This document shows positions 18,451-27,399 of a DNA stretch of 64,000 nucleotides, in pieces. Numbering within the stretch: position 1 is the first letter of the stretch; the number at the start of each line of letters is the position of its first letter. The notes below the pieces were generated by a model. It was given only the letters and a program-made list of their open reading frames with translations, was not told where the DNA came from and ran no database searches. Both the position numbers and the translations under genes were made by a program. This DNA comes from an uncultured Polynucleobacter sp. (GTDB lineage: Bacteria > Bdellovibrionota_B > Oligoflexia > Oligoflexales > RGVZ01), in contig CAYOEM010000003.1 of assembly GCA_964402975.1 (NCBI GenBank), positions 21,766-85,765 of the forward strand, in the 5' to 3' direction.

Positions 18451-19914
18451 TCAGGCTGCCGAGGGCATGATCATTTTGATGCCGTCGATTTCAATTTCTA
18501 TAAAACCGTTTTTGGATGAGAACAGTATTTTCCGAGGGCCAACGTTAATGCTGCCGGACTTGTGAGCGCTGCTGTCGATCACTGTTTTCAGCCCGTTGGA
18601 CCAGGCGATGACTGGGTTGCCAGATCGATCGATGTCGAATCCTTCGAAGTCCCAGGCTTGACTCGACGCGCTCGGCTCTATTGTTTGTGAGGATTCAGCA
18701 CGGATGTCGCTTTCCAGATGCTGTAGTCGATCGGCGATATCGATGAGTTCTCGATTCAGCTGTTCATCGTCGGCAGGGGGCGCAACATCGCCATCAAGAG
18801 AGACGTTTGAACTTGAAAGATCCTCGGCGTTTTTATCCCGTTGGGAGGCAGACTCAAGTTCTTCTGAGCTATTCGGGAATTCAGACATGTGGGCAACTAA
18901 ACGAGATTCTAAATCACTTTCAGTATCCGCATTAATTGTTTCATGATTTGAGTCGTTGACGTCTGAGTACTCGTCTTCGCGAATCCGTATTTCAGGACCT
19001 CTTGATGGACTCGTGCTGATGGGGATTTCCAGGTTGGTTGATGGACCATGATTATTGACGAAGATATCACTTATGACTTCGAAGTCTTTAGGGTCTTGTG
19101 GGGCAAGATCCTGAGATTGAACGGAAGTAAATTCTGATGGTGACTCCTGATCAGCCGCGGGAAGGGTGTCGGCGAAATCTATAGTGCTAGCATCCTGGCT
19201 CCAAGGCGCTAACGCTGCAGTAAGAGTGCTGGATCCTGCTCTCTCTATGAACTCATTCAAGGATTCACCAGGCTTCGCTTTTGATCGATAGATGTCAATG
19301 ATTGTTCGGACGGATTTTGGAGTCTCGGCAGCAGGCACCCCTTCTGCAATCAGGGTCGCAAATTCCGGGTACTGCGCATTCTTGCCTCCCACCGAAATTC
19401 TATAACCGGTCGCCTCGCCCACGATGCTTATATCTAGCGTGTGACATGGCGTGCAACATTTTCCGCATCCGTTTATACCAATCTTGAGGGGATTTTCGAG
19501 TGGGCCAGCGAATGGTTCACTGGAAATATCCATCGCGGTTCCAAGCGCGTCTTGTTCATGGTCCGGGCAGAGTGCGCCTAAGCACGATACGGGTTGATGT
19601 AATCCGTCTTGATAATGACGAACTCCCATCCCAAGTGTTTGAAGTTCACTCGTTACAGAGCTCACTTTTTCAGCTTTTACCACTAGTGCTAATCGTTGAT
19701 CTTCAGTGGCTTTAATCATCAAGCAGTCTTGCTCGCCAATTGTGGCGATTTTTTTAAGCTGGGACGGACTGTAAACACCGCCGTCTACTTCAGGGATGAT
19801 AACAATTGCCTGATTCTTAAGGTTAAACTGTCGAGTCATAGCCACGTCCTGCAAAGTATTAAGCCGTTGGACAACATTCAGGTGCGATTGGGGATCGGAT
19901 GCCGACTGAACCAA
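18451..19914 (-). CDS. Nitrite/sulfite-reductase-like Fe-S domain protein with a long acidic disordered region and a small C-terminal domain
   Basis: The N-terminal ~230 aa resemble the NIR_SIR ferredoxin-like half-domain plus the 4Fe-4S region (SCLGALCPD ... KIGINGCGKCCTPCHTLDISIVG). Residues ~240-410 are D/E/S-rich low complexity. The track start is TTG; an ATG (MTRQFNL) at 19839 is an alternative. Confidence 0.6.
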   Translation of the reverse strand: MVQSASDPQSHLNVVQRLNTLQDVAMTRQFNLKNQAIVIIPEVDGGVYSPSQLKKIATIGEQDCLMIKATEDQRLALVVKAEKVSSVTSELQTLGMGVRHYQDGLHQPVSCLGALCPDHEQDALGTAMDISSEPFAGPLENPLKIGINGCGKCCTPCHTLDISIVGEATGYRISVGGKNAQYPEFATLIAEGVPAAETPKSVRTIIDIYRSKAKPGESLNEFIERAGSSTLTAALAPWSQDASTIDFADTLPAADQESPSEFTSVQSQDLAPQDPKDFEVISDIFVNNHGPSTNLEIPISTSPSRGPEIRIREDEYSDVNDSNHETINADTESDLESRLVAHMSEFPNSSEELESASQRDKNAEDLSSSNVSLDGDVAPPADDEQLNRELIDIADRLQHLESDIRAESSQTIEPSASSQAWDFEGFDIDRSGNPVIAWSNGLKTVIDSSAHKSGSINVGPRKILFSSKNGFIEIEIDGIKMIMPSAA

Positions 19915-20012
19915 CTTAAATTTGAACGTGTGACACTAGATAGCGTGAATATTGGTAAAAACAAAAAAGCCAAAGGGTTTCCCCTTTGGCTTCGCATAGT
20001 CATGCGACTGAA

Positions 20013-20915
20013 TCAATTGAGGTTTTCCATGAAGTCTCGGAGCCTTTGGTTCATGAGCGCTTTTGATACCCAGAAGACCTCGGATAGCTGGGTCACGATA
20101 TCATGGGACGCATCAACTTTTTCAACTTCCTTACGCAGCATTTTGCTGGGGACTAGTAGTAGACCAGCAAACAGATTTGCACGAATATCCAGAACCTCAT
20201 CCGGACAAGTGCGGATGTGCGCGACGTGCAGGCTTGAGCTGTTTACGAGGTACTTAAATAGCTCGCGGGCAACGAGGAAGCGCAAGTAAGGGCGCATATC
20301 ACTGCCTTTATGTCGCACTGTTACTTTTAAGTCCGCGCCCTGGCCTTCGGTAGTTACCTGAACAGGGGTTGTTAGCGTGTCGTCAGAAACTATGGTGAAG
20401 TTTGGAAACAGTTGGCAGATCTCTGGAAGGTAAATGGGCGCTTCTTCGAATTTGCCGGCGGTCACGATTGAGTCAACAGCCTTGCAAACGCTTGGGCGAT
20501 CGATATCAAATAGCTCTTCGAAAGACAGGCGGGAATTTTCGCCCTGATAGCGGCTTGGATTCTTGAAGAATTCCTTTTTTAGATTTTCGCTTGTGCGACC
20601 AGTTAGGCCGAATGCGCCATAGCCACGATATTCGAAAACGGCCTCATCAAATCCGACTTTGCCAGCAGCGATGTCGATGAGCAAACGCTCGTCGATCGAA
20701 AGGTGGTCTGCGATCGTGCGCAAGGTGGAGAGAGCGCGAATGTTCTTCTTGCCTTTTTTCCAGTGGCTGCAGTCTGCCGGGTCATAACCCAAGATAGCTC
20801 CGACGTCTTGGTCGATGACTTTGACGTTGCCCTCATATCGAATATCAAGCGCCTCTTTGCAGAACTTGAATAGGGTGGCCGAATGTGGGTAACGATTCTC
20901 GGCTATCTTCTTCAT
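20013..20915 (-). CDS. HTH plus ImmA/IrrE-like (COG2856-like) protein with a degenerate metal-binding motif
   Basis: The N-terminal XRE-like segment is QDVGAILGYDPADCSHWKKGKKNI. The C-terminal FLVARELFKYL aligns to the family's ..AHELGH.. motif with both His replaced by R and K. The downstream RANLFAGLLLVPSKML matches the conserved E.AN.FA..LLmP block. Confidence 0.6.
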   Translation of the reverse strand: MKKIAENRYPHSATLFKFCKEALDIRYEGNVKVIDQDVGAILGYDPADCSHWKKGKKNIRALSTLRTIADHLSIDERLLIDIAAGKVGFDEAVFEYRGYGAFGLTGRTSENLKKEFFKNPSRYQGENSRLSFEELFDIDRPSVCKAVDSIVTAGKFEEAPIYLPEICQLFPNFTIVSDDTLTTPVQVTTEGQGADLKVTVRHKGSDMRPYLRFLVARELFKYLVNSSSLHVAHIRTCPDEVLDIRANLFAGLLLVPSKMLRKEVEKVDASHDIVTQLSEVFWVSKALMNQRLRDFMENLN

Positions 20916-21208
20916 CGCAACTACCTCCTTGTGGTATCAAAAACGGCGTGACCCGTTTAGCGACAGTGACCTGATCCCAAGCGTCCTGCTTTAGGTTTTT
21001 TTGGTATTTTGTTGAATTGTCTCTCTACAAAATTAGACAGCACATCGAGGTGTGCTGTCAACTCGGCGGCATCTGTATTAAACAACTTGGAGATATGGCG
21101 GATTTGCGCCTTGGCACAAGGCATTGTGGATGGCGAGCTCAACGCAGTCAAAAATCAGAATGATTTCAGGCGTCTGCATCAAAATAATAGGCGGCTAGGT
21201 CCAGATGC

Positions 21209-21682
21209 CTACTTGACTGGTTCAAGTATCGCCATGGTGATTGGCCCAGGAACGTAGTTTGGCTTGCATTTTACGTTTGTGATGACCCGATCAAGAAGTT
21301 GTCGAGCTCGCTCCGGATTTTCACGTTCACGGCCTTTGAGCCTAACAACGACTTTAACTTTGTCGCCGCGACCAAGAAATTTGTCGATGGCATTTATTTT
21401 TGTTTGGAAATCGTGGTCGGCAATATTGAGTTTCAGTTGGATTTCTTTAAGCTCTTGTACGACTTGTTTTTTCTTAGCTTTCTTCAGCTCGTACTGCACC
21501 TTTTTAAAGTCTTGAACGCGCATTACGGGGAAATCCCCTTTGTCGCTGATCATGACCAAGTCTAGTCCGGCCTCTTCGGCGCGGGACAAGGCTTCAAGCA
21601 CTGAGACTATTTCGTTGGTTTCCTCGCCGACGAGGCGAACTTTGGTGTAATTGCGGGCAGCGACACGATTAATAACTTGCAA
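21209..21682 (-). CDS. infC: Translation initiation factor IF-3
   Basis: INR....VRLVG...N.IVS..EAL..AEEAGLDLV.IS......P.V.R..DF.K..YE.KK and the C-domain KEIQLK..I..HDF..K.....FL..G.KVKV...L.GRE. are typical of IF-3. The start is TTG (21682) with GAGGAG 7 nt upstream. Confidence 0.93.
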   Translation of the reverse strand: MQVINRVAARNYTKVRLVGEETNEIVSVLEALSRAEEAGLDLVMISDKGDFPVMRVQDFKKVQYELKKAKKKQVVQELKEIQLKLNIADHDFQTKINAIDKFLGRGDKVKVVVRLKGRERENPERARQLLDRVITNVKCKPNYVPGPITMAILEPVK

Positions 21683-21942
21683 ACAAAGACTCCTCTGGAG
21701 GTTGACCTAATGGGCTATGATTCGCCGGATGGTGAAAAATAGCAGTACCGAAGCGGGAATGCTAGCACAGTCTGCACGGGATTGTGAAGTTTGAAAGGGC
21801 GCATTGGCGGGGGCGAGTCTACTTTTTTTACCCATTAAAAACAGTATGTTATAGACAAGCGGCGGAGCCTCTTCGTTCCGACTTGGCAAGGTCTGCGCCT
21901 CGTTTGGTCGCGTCCGAAGGGGTCGGCAGTTGTTTTGTGGTA

Positions 21943-23271
21943 TCAAAGTAGCGCAGCCGCCAGTGTTGCAAGCTCGCTACGTTCTCCACGATTAAATGTA
22001 ATATGGGCTGCGATCCGCTCTGATTTGAACTTCTCAATCACATAGGTCAATCCATTATTCTCACTGTCAATGTAAGGGTTATCGATTTGATAAGGGTCAC
22101 CTGTCAGGACGATCTTCGTTCCCTCACCGGCACGAGTCAGGATTGTCTTAATCTCGTGAGGCGTCAAATTCTGAGCCTCGTCCACAACAAAGAACTGATT
22201 GGGCAATGATCGACCGCGGATGTAGGTGAGAGGTTCAACTGCCAGCATTCCTTGATTAATCAATTCTTGATAACTCTTGCTGAACCGCTTTGTGCGACCC
22301 TGCTGACCGCCGCTCAGTAATAGCTCGAGATTGTCAAAAATTGGCTGCATCCATGGATTAAGTTTTTCATCCAAATCACCAGGTAAAAATCCAATGTCTT
22401 TACCTAGCGGGAATATGGGCCGGGCTACTAGAAGTTTGTGATACTCGTCGTCATCTGTAGTCTTGGATAGCCCGGCGGCAATAGCCATCAGGGTTTTACC
22501 AGTTCCAGCGCCACCGCTTAACGTCACGAGTTTGATGTTGTCATCCAGTAGTGCTTCTAGAGCAAATGTTTGCTCAATATTTCGCGGATAGATTCCCCAT
22601 ACGCCCTCACTGTGAGGATCAAGCATTCTGAGAATACGATCTTGTCCGTCAAACATACCGTAGACGAACTGATTTGAATCAGCTTCATCTTCAAGAATGA
22701 CAAACTGGTTTGGGAATAAACCTTTATCTTCGAGGCGTAACTCTCGTCGCGAGTAGAAATCATTAATTACATCCGCCGAGACGCGCATGGTCGTAATGCC
22801 TTTATAAAGGTGACTGATATCGACCTTGTCGGCTTCAAAATCTTCGGCGGCGATATTGAGGGCGTCGGCTTTGATCCTCAGGTTGGAGTCTTTAGTGATG
22901 ATGACCACTTTTCGAGACGATCCGTGCTGCTTTTGAAGCGTTAGTGCTACGGCTAGGATCTGGTTGTCCGTGTTTTTTGCAAGCTGACCAACAATCTCGT
23001 AGTCAGCGCCGAGATTGACGAACAAGCGACCACTGTCATCGCGGCCGTCAAACAGGGGTATCCCTGCAGACAGGGTTCCTCGCTCCCGAAGCCTATCCAG
23101 GATGCGACTGACTTCGCGAGCGTTTCTGCCGGTCTCGCTAAGATCTTTTTTGAAGGTGTCTACTTCTTCGATAACGGAGATGGGGATGACGACATCGTTG
23201 TCGTCGAACTTGAATATACTGGCTGGGTTATTCAAGAGGATGTTGGTATCGATTACGAATGTCTTTTTCAT
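21943..23271 (-). CDS. PhoH2-type protein (N-terminal PIN domain fused to a PhoH-like ATPase)
   Basis: The PIN-like N-terminus is KTFVIDTNILL. The PhoH domain has Walker A GGAGTGKT and VVDEAQNLT. The preferred start is MKKTFVID (ATG at 23271); the track ORF extends to 23310. Confidence 0.88.
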   Translation of the reverse strand: MKKTFVIDTNILLNNPASIFKFDDNDVVIPISVIEEVDTFKKDLSETGRNAREVSRILDRLRERGTLSAGIPLFDGRDDSGRLFVNLGADYEIVGQLAKNTDNQILAVALTLQKQHGSSRKVVIITKDSNLRIKADALNIAAEDFEADKVDISHLYKGITTMRVSADVINDFYSRRELRLEDKGLFPNQFVILEDEADSNQFVYGMFDGQDRILRMLDPHSEGVWGIYPRNIEQTFALEALLDDNIKLVTLSGGAGTGKTLMAIAAGLSKTTDDDEYHKLLVARPIFPLGKDIGFLPGDLDEKLNPWMQPIFDNLELLLSGGQQGRTKRFSKSYQELINQGMLAVEPLTYIRGRSLPNQFFVVDEAQNLTPHEIKTILTRAGEGTKIVLTGDPYQIDNPYIDSENNGLTYVIEKFKSERIAAHITFNRGERSELATLAAALL

Positions 23272-23516
23272 TCCGTCACAAGTTCCTTTTGCAAAACAAT
23301 TAAAACTCATAATGTTTTTCAGCTATTCCAACAGTTTAGCATGCGTATCCTTTGAGTGGCAAATATTTGGGGGCGTGGACCTTGTAGGCCATGCGCCCCA
23401 AAAAGATGCCCCTAGCCGTCACTGCAGGTACAATGGACTGTAGGTATAAACACGCTTAATGGCTATGAAAATGACCTTAGGCCATAGCATTCAAGCTTCA
23501 CCGGGAAAATCGGCGC

Positions 23517-25799
23517 ATGGCTGCGAATCAACAAACGATAAAAGATGTGTCGACGGAAGTTCGGCGCCTGTTTAAGCAGCGTCAGAGCATTCTATCCTTT
23601 GATCAATTTTTAGACATCGTGAAAGACAACCCTCGTAGTCTGATGCGCAACTCGGCGGAGTACTTGCGCGACTGTTTTCTCTATTTTGGAGAAACGAGCT
23701 CCCAGGAAGACCCGCATAGTAAGGCATCCACGAGACGATTCAAATTGTTCGACATGGGAACCGACAAGGGAGTCCCAATTATTGGTTGTGAGCGAGCGCA
23801 GGAAGATATTTTCAGGGTGTTGCAGGCATTTGTGCGTCAAGGCGTAGCCAATAAAGTCATTTTTCTACATGGACCCAACGGGTCCGCGAAATCGTCCACT
23901 GTAGAGGCGATTTCGAATGGCATGCAAAAATACAGTGAGGTTGAAGAGGGAGCCGTATACCGATTTAACTGGATATTTCCGGTTGAAAAAGGTGCGACAC
24001 CGCGAACGGTTTCTGGCGAATCTGGTCCTATAGGTTTTGCTGCTCGGTACGATGATGGGCGTGGCAAGGATGAAAGTTACGCCCTGCTTGAAGACAGCCA
24101 GATTTCCAGCAAGTTAATGAGTGAATTTAAAGAGAATCCCCTTTATCTGATCCCCATGCCGTTTCGTGAACAAATACTGCGCGAATTCCTTGGAGCGAAA
24201 GAGGGGAGAAAATCAGAGGACGTTGAGCTTCCACCGCATATTTTACTGCCAGGCTTGAGTAAGAAAAATCAGCTTATATTTGAAAACCTGCTTGCGGCTT
24301 ATGATGGCGAGATCGATAAGGTTTATCGTCATATTCAGGTCGAGCGTTTTTTCTATTCGCGTCAGTACAGAATAGGGATTTCTACAGTTGAACCGCAAAT
24401 GTCCATGGATGCTCAAGAGAAACAACTAACCATGGATCGAAACATAGCGAACTTGCCTGCGGTGCTTCACAACATCCGATTTACCGAGGCTATTGGCGAA
24501 ATTGTAGAGGCGAATCGAGGTATTCTTGAGTTCAGTGATCTATTGAAGCGTCCGGTCGAGGCGTTTAAATACCTTTTGACCACAGTTGAGAGGGCGACAC
24601 TTGGCTTACCGTCCGCAACGCAGAATCTGGATGTCGTGTTTTTTGCGACTGCCAATGAAAAGCACTTGGACGCATTTAAAACCCTTCCTGATTTTAGTTC
24701 GTTTAGGGGCCGTTTTGAGCTAGTGACCGTACCTTATCTTCTCAAAGTGTCTGAGGAGACACAGATTTACAGGCGTGACGAACAAGCGATTTCAAAGTCC
24801 AAGAAAATCGCACCGCATACGATTGAAGTGCTTTGTGCCTGGGCGGTTTTGACCCGCTTAAAACATCCTGATTCTGACTTCTATGCGAGCGAACACCGTG
24901 GGATTGTGAATCGGCTTGATCCATTTGCCAAAGCGATGCTTTATGACCGAAAGCCTCTGGGTGACGCTTTTGTGGCAGCGGATCAGATGATTCTTAAACA
25001 AATTCGCAGACAGATTATGGGTGAGACCGTAGGCAACGTGATCTATGAGGGGCGATTTGGCGCCTCGCCTAGAGAGGTTAGAGCATTGCTCTACAGGGTA
25101 GCAGAGGAATCCACATCCGAAACAATCACTCCGATGGCAGTGTTTGCTGAGCTGGAGCGACTTCTTAAAGATCGAAGTGTCTACGAGTTCCTTCAGTTTG
25201 AACCGCGGAATAAATATCATGACGTGGCGTTCTTTATTCGTAATGTTCGAGATTGGTTCGCTGAGATCTTTGAAGAGGAGATTCTTGGCGCAATGCTGCT
25301 TGTTGAAGAGGGGCAATATGATCAGCTGCTTGGACGTTATGTCGAACATGCGGTTGCATTTATAAAGAAGGAAAAAATATTCAACCGCAAGACTGAGGGA
25401 TATGAGACTCCATCTGAAGTTTTGATGAATGACGTCGAGTCGATCTTGGGGGTTAGTGGTGGTGATCCCACTCGATTTAGAGAGAGCCTCCTTTCGCGAA
25501 TCGCTAGCTATAAGCTTGATAACCCGAAAGCAAAAATTGATTTCAGCATGATATTTTTTGACCACCTGCAGCGTTTAAAAGAACACTACTATGAGCAAAA
25601 GTCTAAGCTCATCGACGCCAACCTTAGGGCGGTTTTGGCTCTGGATACCGATCGACAAAGACAGCTGAGTGAAAAGCAAATCTCAGCCGCTAGATTAACT
25701 CTCAGTGAGCTTGAAAAACGGTACGGTTATGATGAAGTTTCTGCTAGGGAGTGTATTAAATTTTTGATGATGGCAAAGGAGAGGTCCGGTAAGGAGTAG
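23517..25799 (+). CDS. prkA: PrkA-family putative serine protein kinase / AAA protein
   Basis: 760 aa. P-loop FLHGPNGSAKSS, then the PrkA-type AAA region (ANRGILEFSDLLKRP) and a C-terminal PrkC-like region. Confidence 0.82.
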   Translation: MAANQQTIKDVSTEVRRLFKQRQSILSFDQFLDIVKDNPRSLMRNSAEYLRDCFLYFGETSSQEDPHSKASTRRFKLFDMGTDKGVPIIGCERAQEDIFRVLQAFVRQGVANKVIFLHGPNGSAKSSTVEAISNGMQKYSEVEEGAVYRFNWIFPVEKGATPRTVSGESGPIGFAARYDDGRGKDESYALLEDSQISSKLMSEFKENPLYLIPMPFREQILREFLGAKEGRKSEDVELPPHILLPGLSKKNQLIFENLLAAYDGEIDKVYRHIQVERFFYSRQYRIGISTVEPQMSMDAQEKQLTMDRNIANLPAVLHNIRFTEAIGEIVEANRGILEFSDLLKRPVEAFKYLLTTVERATLGLPSATQNLDVVFFATANEKHLDAFKTLPDFSSFRGRFELVTVPYLLKVSEETQIYRRDEQAISKSKKIAPHTIEVLCAWAVLTRLKHPDSDFYASEHRGIVNRLDPFAKAMLYDRKPLGDAFVAADQMILKQIRRQIMGETVGNVIYEGRFGASPREVRALLYRVAEESTSETITPMAVFAELERLLKDRSVYEFLQFEPRNKYHDVAFFIRNVRDWFAEIFEEEILGAMLLVEEGQYDQLLGRYVEHAVAFIKKEKIFNRKTEGYETPSEVLMNDVESILGVSGGDPTRFRESLLSRIASYKLDNPKAKIDFSMIFFDHLQRLKEHYYEQKSKLIDANLRAVLALDTDRQRQLSEKQISAARLTLSELEKRYGYDEVSARECIKFLMMAKERSGKE

Positions 25800-25808
25800 C
25801 CGGACCGG

Positions 25809-27365
25809 TTAGTGGCTCCTGACGAGTTTTTGTAATTCATCCCGAACGACATCCACAGTCGATTTTCCAGATTTGAAGTTTTTACGGTTTTCCACGTAGA
25901 GCCTCGTTATGTGGACCTGCGAGTTTTGATCAATAAGACTCATTTGGTCTTCAATGGGGATTACACGAGGGAACTGGAAGTCGTCTTTTTTGATCAAGCG
26001 TAGTTTGTTTGAACTTGGCTCGTCGCCGGTTCTGGGGCGGAAACGTGTGAGTGAGTTAGTGCTCGAGACCTTCTCGAATTTAATGCCAAGTCCAGCGATT
26101 ACAGTGGCCGCCTCGTCGATGCTTTCCACCCCGCTTGAAGGACCCGCGTTTGAGGCTACTTCAAAAGCTCGTTTCCAAAGTCGCCGGTGGTACATTAAGT
26201 CCTGAAGTAGCTCGTTAAATTCCTGAAGCTCATTTTTATTTTTAAGACGAGCCTTCGCAGCGTCTTGTAATATGCTCGGCATGTTGTATTCGTCAATAGA
26301 GGCGTAGCTGTCAATATCCGTTGGCAGAGTCCAGCCAGGGAGCATGGTGGTCAGTTTCTTTATCATGGCTTCAGCCGCCACGGATGTTTTGTGAAAGTAA
26401 AGTTGCAGATACATGGAGTGACGGGCGCGTAAATAGTCCTCGAACGCTGCGAGTCCGGAAAACTGAATGGCTAAATGGAGGGATTGGCCCTTATCGTCCC
26501 AGTAAATGGCCAAAGAATTCAAGATGCGGCTTTCGTCAAATATTCCGTACACGACTCCACACTCTCGACTGTCCCGCAATAAATAGTCCATCCGGTCAAC
26601 GTCGAACTCTCCTGAAACCAATTCGTGGCATAGTTGATGCATGCCGTACTTTAAAAGAGGGCTTTTCGGTGATGGTGGAATTTGCGGCGCGATGATTGAG
26701 GCGACATCTTGGGCGGTGACTTTGGGTGATCTTAGCTGGGGATTTTCACGGTAAATATCCGAGAGCACCCGGTCGATTGCGATGAGGGTGTAGAGTTCAT
26801 GCCTGACTTGTGTTGTCGCCGGATCCTTGCCTTTTGCCTTAAGTTGGGCGCAGCGATCTGCGATGAATTTTGCGATGTAGTCAGGAAGTTTTTGACTTGC
26901 CTCGTTCATTTGCTGCCATGTTGGCATAAAGCCTTCGCCGCTGTGGGAAAACGGCGAATGCCCGAGATCGTGCATGAGGGCCGCGAGTCTCAGTGCCTGC
27001 AATGGGTACTCGTCCCCAAATATTTCATCGATCATGCCGAAAGTCGGGCTGAGAAGGCCGTGTACCGCTTTCGATTTTCGTGGGGTCGTCTCAAGCTGAG
27101 CGAAATCACCATACTTTTGGGTTGAATTTCGCAGGGCCTTTTGGTTTTCATAAAGTTTGTTCCAGGCCACACCGGCTAAGTGCATGACGCCGAGGCTATG
27201 CTCAAAGCGGCTGTGACTGGCGCCAGGAAAGACGTACTGGAGAAAAGCAAGCTGCTTGATCCGGCGCATGCGTTGAACAAGCGGATGCCCTATAACTAGG
27301 TCTTCAAAATGGGACACATTGATTGTGCCATGGATGTTTTCGCGAATACGCCGGGTTATTTCCAT
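25809..27365 (-). CDS. HD-domain phosphohydrolase, SAMHD1/COG1078-like (putative dNTP triphosphohydrolase)
   Basis: RFEHSLGVMHLAG, AALMHDLGHSPFSH and DRMDYLLRDS motifs. It lies 34 nt downstream of pyrD on the same strand. Confidence 0.85.
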   Translation of the reverse strand: MEITRRIRENIHGTINVSHFEDLVIGHPLVQRMRRIKQLAFLQYVFPGASHSRFEHSLGVMHLAGVAWNKLYENQKALRNSTQKYGDFAQLETTPRKSKAVHGLLSPTFGMIDEIFGDEYPLQALRLAALMHDLGHSPFSHSGEGFMPTWQQMNEASQKLPDYIAKFIADRCAQLKAKGKDPATTQVRHELYTLIAIDRVLSDIYRENPQLRSPKVTAQDVASIIAPQIPPSPKSPLLKYGMHQLCHELVSGEFDVDRMDYLLRDSRECGVVYGIFDESRILNSLAIYWDDKGQSLHLAIQFSGLAAFEDYLRARHSMYLQLYFHKTSVAAEAMIKKLTTMLPGWTLPTDIDSYASIDEYNMPSILQDAAKARLKNKNELQEFNELLQDLMYHRRLWKRAFEVASNAGPSSGVESIDEAATVIAGLGIKFEKVSSTNSLTRFRPRTGDEPSSNKLRLIKKDDFQFPRVIPIEDQMSLIDQNSQVHITRLYVENRKNFKSGKSTVDVVRDELQKLVRSH

Positions 27366-27399
27366 TCCTTTATAGCCTCACTTTAGCGTTTGGGACCAT

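Noticed and set aside
19696-20289. A 197-aa + strand ORF spanning the gap between the NirA-like and ImmA-like genes.
   Set aside because: It is antisense to both minus-strand genes at its ends. The translation is low-complexity with no motif, and the minus-strand genes have family signatures.
20957-21151. A 64-aa minus-strand ORF downstream of infC, considered as a possible rpmI (L35).
   Set aside because: The sequence (MTALSSPSTMPCAKAQIRHISKLF...) bears no resemblance to the Lys/Arg-rich L35. It is probably intergenic.
24858-25565. A 235-aa minus-strand ORF inside prkA.
   Set aside because: It lies entirely within the PrkA frame, which has clear family motifs. It is an AT-rich codon shadow ORF.
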